Assembly (NCBI GenBank): GCA_902550225.1 | Contig: CACCYL010000006.1 | Span: 905-64,904 of the forward strand | Length of the DNA: 64,000 nt | Reading direction: 5' to 3' | Origin: an uncultured Alphaproteobacteria bacterium | GTDB lineage: Bacteria > Pseudomonadota > Alphaproteobacteria > Methylaequorales > Methylaequoraceae | Part shown: one piece after another, positions 39,332 through 48,187 of the stretch | How positions within the stretch are numbered: the first letter of the stretch is position 1 | How the letters are laid out: each line of letters opens with the position of its first letter | Position numbers and translations under genes: made by a program | The notes under the pieces: generated by a model | What the model was told of the DNA's origin: nothing | The model's database searches: none | What the model saw: the letters and a program-made list of their open reading frames with translations, nothing else

Positions 39332-39794
39332 GTTTAAATTTATTAAAGTAATAATCTTCTGTTCTTTTCTTGCTTCATGTACAGCATCCGGAGAATTTGA
39401 TAAAAGCACATTTGTGAAAACTACATCCACTGCAGTAGGTGGTTATTTTGGATATCAATTAGGAGATGGAGATCTATTTTCTACTACCATAGGATCAACT
39501 TTAGGTGCAGTATTTGGAAGTAACTTAACAGACTTTATTAATCAAGATGATTATTACTTTTTTAAAAAAGAAACTTTAAGAGTTTTAGAAATTAATGATA
39601 ATAATGCAGGCGTTAATTCTGGGTATTGGAGAAATCCTAAAAGTGGTAATAAAGGAGTTGTAAAAATAAAAGGATATTTTGGTTCCCCTGAATGTCGGTT
39701 AATTGAAAATATTTATGTCGTTGACGATCAGGCCTCAAATAAGTTTGGAGCTGCATGTAGAGAAAAAAGTGGTCAATGGGCAATGATGAAATAA
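39321..39794 (+). CDS. lipoprotein with glycine-zipper segment and surface-antigen-like C-terminal domain
   Basis: Lipobox FLASC. Gly-zipper AVGGYFGYQLG..GSTLGAVFGS. C-terminal ..CR...C..KSGQW. TTG start 5 nt after GGAGAG. Paralogue of 61257..61721. Confidence 0.6.
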   Translation: MKDKFKFIKVIIFCSFLASCTASGEFDKSTFVKTTSTAVGGYFGYQLGDGDLFSTTIGSTLGAVFGSNLTDFINQDDYYFFKKETLRVLEINDNNAGVNSGYWRNPKSGNKGVVKIKGYFGSPECRLIENIYVVDDQASNKFGAACREKSGQWAMMK

Positions 39795-39828
39795 TATATT
39801 TAATTTTTTCTTAATTATATTATATCAT

Positions 39829-40593
39829 ATGAATATGATTATTATCTCACCTTCCAAAAACTTAGATCTAAATGATGAATCAATAAAAGTTAGTCATTCA
39901 CTGCCTCTATTTTTATCTGAATCTAGACAGTTAACCACAAAAATCAAAAGTTTAAATGTTGATGAAATTAGATCTTTAATGAATATTAGTGATTCTTTGG
40001 CTAAACTAAATTTTGAAAGATTTAAAAATATTTCAAAAAAATCAAATATTAAAAAAGCCGCTGGTTTCCTTTTTTCTGGTGATACTTTTAATGGATTGTC
40101 AATTAGATCACTTGATTCTTCTTGTCTAAAGTACGCACAAAAAACGCTAAGAATATTATCGGGATTATATGGAATATTAAAACCATTTGATTTAATAGAA
40201 CCTTACAGACTTGAAATGGGAACAAAAATAAATGGTTTAATTGGTCAAGATTTATATAAATTTTGGAGTAATAAATTAACATCTAATCTCAACAAAGAGA
40301 TTCGAAATAGTAAGTCCAATTTGCTATTCAATCTTTCATCAAATGAATATTCTTCAGTAATTAATTTTGAAAATCTAGAAAATAAAGTCATTAGCTTTGA
40401 TTTTAAAAAAGTAAAAGATAAGAAATTAGCAGGTATTGGCATGGTTATAAAAAAAATACGAGGTGCGATGGCTAATCACATTATTTCAAATAAAATTACA
40501 AGTCTTGAAGAAATAAAAAAATTCAATCAATTTAAATTCAAGTTTTACGAATTTGATAACAAAAATAATAAATTTCTTTTTATTTCTAAGTAA
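39829..40593 (+). CDS. yaaA: peroxide stress protein YaaA (DUF328/UPF0246)
   Basis: IIISPSK N-terminus, SGLYGILKPFDLIEPYRLEMG, RG.MA motif. Confidence 0.88.
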   Translation: MNMIIISPSKNLDLNDESIKVSHSLPLFLSESRQLTTKIKSLNVDEIRSLMNISDSLAKLNFERFKNISKKSNIKKAAGFLFSGDTFNGLSIRSLDSSCLKYAQKTLRILSGLYGILKPFDLIEPYRLEMGTKINGLIGQDLYKFWSNKLTSNLNKEIRNSKSNLLFNLSSNEYSSVINFENLENKVISFDFKKVKDKKLAGIGMVIKKIRGAMANHIISNKITSLEEIKKFNQFKFKFYEFDNKNNKFLFISK

Positions 40594-41510
40594 TGAAAAA
40601 AAAAATTGTTGTTCAAATTCCCTGTCTCAACGAAGAGAAAGGGATAGCAAATGTTATTAAACAAATAAAAAAAATAACTCCCAAATCAAGAATTATTGTT
40701 TATGACAACGGATCAAAGGATCAGTCTGCTCAGATTGCAAAAAGAAATGGTGCTGAGGTGAGATTTGTTAACAAAAAGGGTAAAGGGAATGTTGTAAGAA
40801 GCATGTTTTCCGATAAAATTGATGCTGACTATTTCGTAATGGTAGATGGAGATAATACTTACGATTTATCAAACTTACACAAAATGCTTGCATTAATGGA
40901 AAAATTTAATTACGACATGATTGTAGGAAAAAGAGTCCATAAAGATACACAAGCTTACAGAAAAGGTCACATAATTGGTAATAAATTTTTTTCAAATTTT
41001 GTTAACCTCTTTTTTGGTAAAGACATAACCGATATTTTTTCTGGATTAAGAGTTTTTTCAAAAAGGTTCGTAAAAACTTTTCCCGTATATTCAGACGAAT
41101 TTGAAATTGAAGCTGAACTAACAATTCATGCTTTAGAGCAGAAATTAGCAGTTTCTGAATATGAATGTAACTATAGCGCAAGAGCTAAAGGTTCTTATAG
41201 CAAACTAAATACATTTAAAGATGGTACTAAAATACTTAAGTTAATCTTGATTCTTATAAAAGACGAAAAACCACTTTTATTTTTCAGTATGTTTAGTTTA
41301 ATTTTTCTTTTTTTATCATTATTTATTGGTGTGCCAGTTGTTACGGAGTTCTACTATACCGGTCTTGTAGAAAGGATTCCTTCAGCTATATTGGCTGGCT
41401 TTCTTATGATACTCTGTTTCCTTAGTTTTTTCTCAGGCCTTATTTTAGATATAATCAAAAAAGTAAGATATGAAAATAAAAGAATGAATTTTCTTCTCTT
41501 CAAAGACTAA
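40593..41510 (+). CDS. family 2 glycosyltransferase with C-terminal TM helices
   Basis: VQIPCLNEE, VYDNGSKD, VMVDGDNTYD (DxD) motifs. Two hydrophobic helices at the C-terminus. Confidence 0.82.
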   Translation: MKKKIVVQIPCLNEEKGIANVIKQIKKITPKSRIIVYDNGSKDQSAQIAKRNGAEVRFVNKKGKGNVVRSMFSDKIDADYFVMVDGDNTYDLSNLHKMLALMEKFNYDMIVGKRVHKDTQAYRKGHIIGNKFFSNFVNLFFGKDITDIFSGLRVFSKRFVKTFPVYSDEFEIEAELTIHALEQKLAVSEYECNYSARAKGSYSKLNTFKDGTKILKLILILIKDEKPLLFFSMFSLIFLFLSLFIGVPVVTEFYYTGLVERIPSAILAGFLMILCFLSFFSGLILDIIKKVRYENKRMNFLLFKD

Positions 41511-41515
41511 TTTAT

Positions 41516-41785
41516 TTAACGAATTGGAATCTTTATAGTTTTTTTTGGTAAGGTTTTATTTTGGTTTTCATCTATAATCTTTTTTTTATTTTCATTTATG
41601 AGCCATACCATTTGCATTGCCAGTGCATGCAACCTTTTTGCTTTGGATTCTCCAGATAAGATTCTTGAAAACTGCCTTCTACTAATTCCTAATGCATCTG
41701 ATGCATTTCTAATATTTAAATTATTTAATTTCATCCACTCTCTTATTTCACTCGGGGTTGGCTCATTAATATTAAGAAAAAGCAA
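41516..41785 (-). CDS. small helix-turn-helix (XRE-like) protein
   Basis: NIRNASDALGISRRQFSRILSGES looks like an HTH. 89 aa. Lies 4 nt downstream of actP. Confidence 0.5.
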   Translation of the reverse strand: MLFLNINEPTPSEIREWMKLNNLNIRNASDALGISRRQFSRILSGESKAKRLHALAMQMVWLINENKKKIIDENQNKTLPKKTIKIPIR

Positions 41786-41789
41786 TTAG

Positions 41790-43394
41790 TTACTCCCCGA
41801 GATAAGCTTTTTTGGTAAGCATTTCAAATTTTTTGTGATTCTCAGTTTGTTTTGTTGTTTTATCCATTACTGAAATTACAAATATTGCCAAGAATGAAAT
41901 GCTTACTGTGAAGATTGCAGGATATTTATATGGAAAAATAGCTTCCTTAAAACCAAATACCTCTACCCATATTGTTGGTCCTAATATAACTAATGTTATT
42001 GTAGTTAGGAGACCAATCATTCCTCCATAATAAGCACCTTTCGTAGTTAAATTTTTCCATATAATTGTAAGAAAAAGAATTGGAAAGTTTGTACTTGCTG
42101 CAACTGAGAACGCCAAGCCAACCATAAAAGCAACGTTTTGCCCCTCAAAAAATATTCCGAGAATAATAGCAACTATACCTATAACAACACTTGAAAATTT
42201 AGAAACTTTTAATTCAGTTTTTTCGTCTGCATTACCCTTTTTTATAACATAAACAAATAAATCTCTTCCGATTGCTGATGCACCTGCTAGGGTAAGTCCA
42301 GAAACTACTGCTAATATTGTCGCAAATGCCACGGCAGATATAAATCCAAGAAAAACATCGCCTCCTATTGAATGTGACAAATGTATTGCTGCCATATTAT
42401 TTGAACCAATTAATTTACCGCTCTCATTTAGATAAATAGAGTTATCAGATAAGAACACAATTGCACCAAAACCTATTACAAAAGTAAGAATGTAAAAATA
42501 TCCTATAAATGTAGTTGCATAAAGCGCTGAGATCCTTGCACTTTTAGCATCGGGTACTGTAAAAAATCGCATCAATATGTGGGGTAAACCAGCGGTACCT
42601 AAAATTAATGCAATACCAAGCGAAATGGCTGATACGGGGTCATCAATCAGTTTTCCAGGCATTAATATTTCTATTTTACTTTCATGTACCTTAACTGCTT
42701 GTTCTAACAAACTACTTAAACTGAAAGAAAATTCTTTAAAAACTAAAAAGGCTAAGATTGATGCTCCAAAAATTAATAAAAAAGCTTTAATGATTTGAAC
42801 CCACGTTGTAGCAATCATTCCACCAAAGCTAACATAAATTATCATCAAAATACCTACGATGCATACAGCAACTTCATAAGGTAATCCAAATAAAATTTGT
42901 ATAAGTGAACCTGCACCAACCATTTGTGCAATTAAATATAAAGTAATAGTTACTAACGTTCCTGTAGCAGACAGTATTCTAATCTTTGATTGCTCTAATC
43001 GAATTGATGTTATGTCTGCAAAGGTGAATTTACCTAAGTTTTTTAATCTTTCGGAAATTAAAAAAAGAATTATTGGCCATCCAACTAAGAAACCAATTGA
43101 ATAAATCAATCCATCAAAACCCGAATAAAAAACTAATCCAGAAATTCCTAAAAATGAAGCTGCAGACATATAATCACCTGCTATAGCTAAACCATTTTGA
43201 AATCCGGAAATTTTTCCTCCGGCAGCGTAATAGTTTTCTTTTACATCCGTTTTCTTAGAGGCAAAGTAAGTAATCAAAAGAGTAACAACAACAAATAAAA
43301 TAAAAATTATGGCCGCAAAGTAGTTGCTTTCGTTATTACTCGCTAGAGCAAAAGATGGAAGAAGAATTGTAATTATTGAAAAAAAAAAATTCAT
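41790..43394 (-). CDS. actP: cation/acetate symporter ActP (sodium:solute symporter family)
   Basis: About 13 TM SSF layout, preceded by an overlapping DUF485 gene as in yjcH-actP. Confidence 0.85.
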   Translation of the reverse strand: MNFFFSIITILLPSFALASNNESNYFAAIIFILFVVVTLLITYFASKKTDVKENYYAAGGKISGFQNGLAIAGDYMSAASFLGISGLVFYSGFDGLIYSIGFLVGWPIILFLISERLKNLGKFTFADITSIRLEQSKIRILSATGTLVTITLYLIAQMVGAGSLIQILFGLPYEVAVCIVGILMIIYVSFGGMIATTWVQIIKAFLLIFGASILAFLVFKEFSFSLSSLLEQAVKVHESKIEILMPGKLIDDPVSAISLGIALILGTAGLPHILMRFFTVPDAKSARISALYATTFIGYFYILTFVIGFGAIVFLSDNSIYLNESGKLIGSNNMAAIHLSHSIGGDVFLGFISAVAFATILAVVSGLTLAGASAIGRDLFVYVIKKGNADEKTELKVSKFSSVVIGIVAIILGIFFEGQNVAFMVGLAFSVAASTNFPILFLTIIWKNLTTKGAYYGGMIGLLTTITLVILGPTIWVEVFGFKEAIFPYKYPAIFTVSISFLAIFVISVMDKTTKQTENHKKFEMLTKKAYLGE

Positions 43395-43663
43395 TCTTTA
43401 AGTTTTTCTTTAATTTTATCGAGGAAATTATTTGAGATTAGAGTATAGACTAATGTAAGAATGATTGAAAAGAAAATTATAGCCAGCCCCCAAACAATTC
43501 CAACTGTAATATAGCTGTTCTTGAGTAAAATACCTAAGACTTCTGGTTTAAACCCAATTATAAAAATAAATGAAAAGTAAAAAAAAAGAATCAGTAAGGA
43601 GAAAGTAAATGCTATGAACTTATTTAGAAAAATAAATCTATCGTACAGTATTTTTTTACTCAA
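43391..43663 (-). CDS. DUF485 (YjcH-like) small membrane protein
   Basis: 90 aa, two TM helices. ATGA overlap with actP. Confidence 0.75.
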   Translation of the reverse strand: MSKKILYDRFIFLNKFIAFTFSLLILFFYFSFIFIIGFKPEVLGILLKNSYITVGIVWGLAIIFFSIILTLVYTLISNNFLDKIKEKLKE

Positions 43664-43677
43664 TTATTAACTTTATT

Positions 43678-43705
43678 AAAGCCAAGCATTGTAATGCTTG
43701 GCTTT
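43678..43705 (-). terminator. hairpin terminator/attenuator between the aldehyde dehydrogenase gene and DUF485-actP (A/T runs on both sides, possibly bidirectional)
   Basis: Perfect 9-bp stem GCCAAGCAT/ATGCTTGGC (43681-43689 and 43694-43702) with a 4-nt loop. Flanked by AAA on one side and TTTTTTT on the other. Confidence 0.6.
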
Positions 43706-43712
43706 TTTTGAT

Positions 43713-45230
43713 TTAGAGGTTTACAGTTACAGCTTTGAGCTCAGTGTAGTTTTTTAAAACTTCATGACCCATTTCTCTTCCCCATCCGGACTCTTTATAT
43801 CCTCCAAACGGAAGAGATGCGTCAAATATATTATGACAATTTACCCAAACGGTTCCTGCCCTTATTTTGGCAGCTAACTTGTGAGCTGTACTGATATTTT
43901 GACTCCATACACTTGCAGCTAGACCGTATGTGGTGTTATTGGCAACTTCTGCAATCTTATCTAGATCTTGATCAGAAAATGGTTGAGCACAAAGTACTGG
44001 ACCAAATATTTCTTCCTTGACTATTGACATGTCTTTATCAGTTTTAGCAAATACAGTCGGGTGAACAAAGTGTCCCCCAGAGGAGTTATCATACTTACCA
44101 CCAGCAATGATTTCACCACCTTCGGATTTACCAGATTCAATATAACCTGACACTTTTTTAAACTGCTCGTCTGAAACTAATGGGCCCATTTCTGACGAGG
44201 TGTCCATCCCAGGACCAACTTTAATATTAGATGCTATCTTTGAAATACCTTCGGCAACTTGATCAAAAACTTTTTCGTGAGCCATCAATCTAGATCCAGC
44301 ACAACAACATTGTCCGTGATTGAAAAAAATAGCACTAGCAGCTCCAGCAATTGCAGCATCAATGTCTGCGTCAGGAAAGATTATGGTTGGTGATTTTCCA
44401 CCAAGCTCAAGTGAAACTTTTTTTAAATTTCCTGCTGATGCTTTAGTAATTAACTTCCCAACTTCTGTCGAGCCAGTAAATGCAACTTTGTCAACATGAG
44501 GGTGGGCAGCTAAAGGAGCTCCAGCATCTTCACCAAAACCAGTAACAACATTTAATACTCCTTCAGGTAAAAGATTAGAATTATTTATGATTTCAGTTAA
44601 CCTTAACGCGGATAACGGTGTTTGCTCAGCTGGCTTTAAAACGATGGTACATCCAGCCGCAAGAGCAACTGATAATTTCCATGCTGCCATAAGAAGTGGA
44701 AAGTTCCATGGAATGATTTGACCGACAACACCAACAGGTTCTCTTAGAGTATAACTATGATATTGGGCTCCAGGGGTATATGGAACAGAAATAGGAATGG
44801 TTTCACCTTCAATCTTTGTTGCCCATCCTGCCATGTATCTAAAGATGTCGGAGGATAAAGCAACATCAGCACCAGCTGCAATTGCTACAGGTTTTCCATT
44901 GTCTAATGATTCTAATTGGGCAAGCTCTTCAGTATGATCATCTATTAGTTCAGCGATTTTCCAAATTATCTTCCCCTTTTCATTCGGTGGGACACTATGC
45001 CATTTTCCTGAATCAAAGCATTTTCTTGCAGCAGAAACCGCCAAATCTATGTCGTTTTTATCTCCAGCCGCACAAGTTGATATTTTTTTTCCGGTAGCGG
45101 GATCTTCCACGTCGAAAGTTTTACCTGATTTTGAATCAACCCACTTGCCGTTTATATAAAGCTTATGAGTCTGTTTTAAAAACTTTGCAACATTGTCGTT
45201 AACCGTGTAATTAAGAATCGATGCATCCAT
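43713..45230 (-). CDS. NAD(P)-dependent aldehyde dehydrogenase
   Basis: ELGGKSP and FFNHGQCCCAGSR catalytic motifs. GGAGGAAAT SD upstream. Confidence 0.92.
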   Translation of the reverse strand: MDASILNYTVNDNVAKFLKQTHKLYINGKWVDSKSGKTFDVEDPATGKKISTCAAGDKNDIDLAVSAARKCFDSGKWHSVPPNEKGKIIWKIAELIDDHTEELAQLESLDNGKPVAIAAGADVALSSDIFRYMAGWATKIEGETIPISVPYTPGAQYHSYTLREPVGVVGQIIPWNFPLLMAAWKLSVALAAGCTIVLKPAEQTPLSALRLTEIINNSNLLPEGVLNVVTGFGEDAGAPLAAHPHVDKVAFTGSTEVGKLITKASAGNLKKVSLELGGKSPTIIFPDADIDAAIAGAASAIFFNHGQCCCAGSRLMAHEKVFDQVAEGISKIASNIKVGPGMDTSSEMGPLVSDEQFKKVSGYIESGKSEGGEIIAGGKYDNSSGGHFVHPTVFAKTDKDMSIVKEEIFGPVLCAQPFSDQDLDKIAEVANNTTYGLAASVWSQNISTAHKLAAKIRAGTVWVNCHNIFDASLPFGGYKESGWGREMGHEVLKNYTELKAVTVNL

Positions 45231-45341
45231 TTTTTATTTCCTCCAATAAATGTTTAATTAATTTCAATTCTAAATACTAACACAGTGATTGCTAATTACA
45301 ACAATTGTTGAATTTAAAAAGTGATTTAATCTAGGTATTAC

Positions 45342-45815
45342 TTAAAGTTTGGTTGGGTTTGGAGCATTGCCATAAATTTCAAGTGGATCAAAAACTTTTT
45401 CTTTTTCAGTAAACTCAAGTTTATCTATGTACTGACCTTCCTTCAAAGTAATTTTTCTATAAAAACATGATTTATAACCAACATGGCAACTAGCTTTTAA
45501 ACCACCAAGTTCAACTTTAAAAATCACACAATCTTGATCATCATCTATTTTAATTTCTTTAATTTTTTGAATTAATCCGCTAGTCTTTCCTTTTTTCCAA
45601 ATACATTTTCGACTGCGAGACCAATAATGAGCTTCTTTTGTTTGCATTGATAATCTGAACGCTTCTTGATTCATATACCCGTGCATTAAAATTTCGCTAT
45701 TTGACTGGTCTACTGTAATTACAGGAATTAAATTATTGTGGTCAAACTTTGGTGCCAAGGTTTGACCTTCCTCGACTTCTTCTACGGATTTTCTGGTAGA
45801 AAATTCTTTTTTCAT
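45342..45815 (-). CDS. hisI: phosphoribosyl-AMP cyclohydrolase
   Basis: YWSRSRK..W.KG.TSG, DDDQDC and CHVGYKSCFY motifs. Confidence 0.88.
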   Translation of the reverse strand: MKKEFSTRKSVEEVEEGQTLAPKFDHNNLIPVITVDQSNSEILMHGYMNQEAFRLSMQTKEAHYWSRSRKCIWKKGKTSGLIQKIKEIKIDDDQDCVIFKVELGGLKASCHVGYKSCFYRKITLKEGQYIDKLEFTEKEKVFDPLEIYGNAPNPTKL

Positions 45816-46423
45816 GCGTTTGAAATATAATTTAAGAATTGACTTTGAAGATCATTGTTTGTTTTAAAATCACCTAGAAAAGTATTTGTAATTGTCGATA
45901 CATTTGGTTTTTCAACTCCCCTTGTTGTCATACATTGATGGATAGCTTTTATGAAAACTGCAACACCTTTTGGCTTCATTGCATTGTTAATAGATGTCGC
46001 AATTTGCTGTGTCATAGTTTCTTGGGTTTGAAGTCTTCTGGCAAAAATTTCAACTGTTCTTGCTAATTTAGAAATACCAACTACTTTTTTGACAGGTATG
46101 TAGGCGATATGAGCAATACCGATTATTGGAACCATATGATGCTCACAGTGCGAGTTAAATGGGATGTCTTTGAGCATAACCATGTCTTGATAACCCTGAA
46201 CATCCTCAAAAGTCTTGGAAAGGTACTTCTCAGCAGATTCTTTGTATCCAGAAAAGAATTCTTCATATGCATTAATTACTCTTTTTGGAGTATCACGTAG
46301 TCCTTCTCTTTCGGGATCGTCTCCAGCCCATTTTATAAGAGTTTCAACAGCTTTTTCGGCTTCTTTTCTTGTTACTTTGTTTTGTAACGCTACTTTAACA
46401 TTTTTAGGGGAGCTTGAATCCAT
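45812..46423 (-). CDS. folE: GTP cyclohydrolase I
   Basis: REGLRDTPKRV, FNSHCEHHMVPI, QVQERLT-type region (RLQTQETMTQQI). I place the start at ATG 46423; the track's longer N-terminus looks non-coding. Confidence 0.92.
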   Translation of the reverse strand: MDSSSPKNVKVALQNKVTRKEAEKAVETLIKWAGDDPEREGLRDTPKRVINAYEEFFSGYKESAEKYLSKTFEDVQGYQDMVMLKDIPFNSHCEHHMVPIIGIAHIAYIPVKKVVGISKLARTVEIFARRLQTQETMTQQIATSINNAMKPKGVAVFIKAIHQCMTTRGVEKPNVSTITNTFLGDFKTNNDLQSQFLNYISNA

Positions 46424-46526
46424 GATTACTTTCTTTTGATAATTAATATATTTATTATTTATCTTGTGTTTAAAAAAAAAATTTAAAGTAATATATGTAA
46501 TACTACTTAATTGTAAAATTTGCAAA

Positions 46527-48179
46527 ATGAAATTTAAAATCGTAAATGGGAAAGTTATTGATCCTACACAAAATTTAGATGGAAAAATTCAAGATATCTT
46601 CGTTGAAAACGGATTTATTACAAATCCTTCTACTGCAGAGTCTGCAAAATATAATATTGTTTATGATGTCAAGGGAATGGTTGTTATGGCAGGGGGGATA
46701 GATATTCATTCACATATTGCTGGTGGAAACGTCAACAATGCAAGGCTTTTATCTCCAGAAATTCATTCCAACTTTCTAGAAAATAATCTTAAAAGAAAAA
46801 GTTTTTTACCTGGATTTAATTCTAGATGGACATCAGAAGGGACTGGGTATAGATATGCAGAAATGGGTTTTACAACAGTTATTGAACCTGCAGTAACACC
46901 AATTAACTCCTTTTTGACGCAATTAGAATTAGAAAAAATACCCATGATTGACAAAGGTTGTCTTGCTATAGTTGGAAATGATCATTTTTTACTTGATGCT
47001 TTAAACCAGCAACGAGGACAATCTTATATTGACGATTACGTAGCATGGAATGTTAATTCTTCAAAAAGTTTAGGCCTCAAGGTAATAAATGCTGGAGGAA
47101 CCGAATTATTTAAATATAAAGGAGAATCTGAAAATTTTGGTTTAGATGACATTGTACCGCAATATGGTGTTAGTTCTAGAAAAATTCTCGAGGCTCTAAA
47201 TATTTCAAATGAAAATTTACGAATTCCTCATCCCATTCATGTGCATTGTAATAATCTCGGAATGGCAGGAAACGTAGATTCTATAATAGATACAATTGAT
47301 GCAGCGCAAGGAAGGAGAATGCATCTTGCGCATATACAGTTTTATAGTTATGCAGATGAAGGAAAAAGAGGTTTTTCGTCTGGAGCGTTGAGATTAGCTG
47401 AAAAGATTAATAAAAACCAAAACATTTCTGTTGACATTGGACAAGTGATGTTCAAACCCACAATAACAATTTCGTCAGATATTTGGAAACAAAACCAAGC
47501 CAAGTCAAATGCACATCCAAAAAAATGGGTAATTTCTGAAGTTGAAGACGGAGGAGGGGGCGTTATACCTTATGAATATAAACAAAAAAATTTTGTTAAT
47601 GCACTCCAATGGTCAATTGGTCTGGAACTTTTTTTAATGATAAAAGATCCGTGGAGAGTTTTTCTTACAACTGACCATCCTAATGGTGCACCATTTACTT
47701 CTTACCCTGAATTAATAAGACTGCTGATGGACTCGGATTTTAGAAACTCAGAAATAGACAAGATTAATATTAATGCCAAAGAAATTGGAAATATTAAATC
47801 TATAAAGAGAACATACAATTTATATGAAATTGTTATAATGACTAGAGCTGCTCCAGCTAGAATTTTAGGTTTAAAAGATAGAGGTTCTTTAAAGCCTGGT
47901 TCGGTAGCTGACATATCAGTATATGATCCAAATAAATCTATTGACGACATGTTTAGAGCTGCCGAGTATGTTTTTAAAAATGGTAATCAAATTGTCAAAA
48001 AGGGTAAGGTTTTAACCCATATGAAAACAGTGACAAAATGCTTAAATTTAAAATACGATACCAAAATTCATAAAAAAATAAAATCATGGTTTAATAACTA
48101 TTATTCCTTGAGCCTAGACGAATTTGAAGTTGATGAAAATTTTTTTACTGCAAATAACTTTCAAGAAATTAGATCCTAA
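46527..48179 (+). CDS. formylmethanofuran dehydrogenase subunit A (FwdA/FhcA)-like amidohydrolase, orphan
   Basis: GGIDIHSHIAGGNVNNARLL and FLTTDHPNGAPFTSYP blocks. About 550 aa, the size expected for the family. I place the start at ATG 46527. Confidence 0.7.
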   Translation: MKFKIVNGKVIDPTQNLDGKIQDIFVENGFITNPSTAESAKYNIVYDVKGMVVMAGGIDIHSHIAGGNVNNARLLSPEIHSNFLENNLKRKSFLPGFNSRWTSEGTGYRYAEMGFTTVIEPAVTPINSFLTQLELEKIPMIDKGCLAIVGNDHFLLDALNQQRGQSYIDDYVAWNVNSSKSLGLKVINAGGTELFKYKGESENFGLDDIVPQYGVSSRKILEALNISNENLRIPHPIHVHCNNLGMAGNVDSIIDTIDAAQGRRMHLAHIQFYSYADEGKRGFSSGALRLAEKINKNQNISVDIGQVMFKPTITISSDIWKQNQAKSNAHPKKWVISEVEDGGGGVIPYEYKQKNFVNALQWSIGLELFLMIKDPWRVFLTTDHPNGAPFTSYPELIRLLMDSDFRNSEIDKININAKEIGNIKSIKRTYNLYEIVIMTRAAPARILGLKDRGSLKPGSVADISVYDPNKSIDDMFRAAEYVFKNGNQIVKKGKVLTHMKTVTKCLNLKYDTKIHKKIKSWFNNYYSLSLDEFEVDENFFTANNFQEIRS

Positions 48180-48187
48180 GTATTTAA

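Noticed and set aside
46424-46526. N-terminal extensions of folE (to 46525) and of the FwdA-like gene (from 46464) that would make the two divergent genes overlap by 62 nt
   Set aside because: The extra residues are low-complexity with no family similarity. The internal ATGs at 46423 (MDSSSPKNV) and 46527 (MKFKIVNGKVIDP) give canonical N-termini and a 103-nt divergent promoter spacer.
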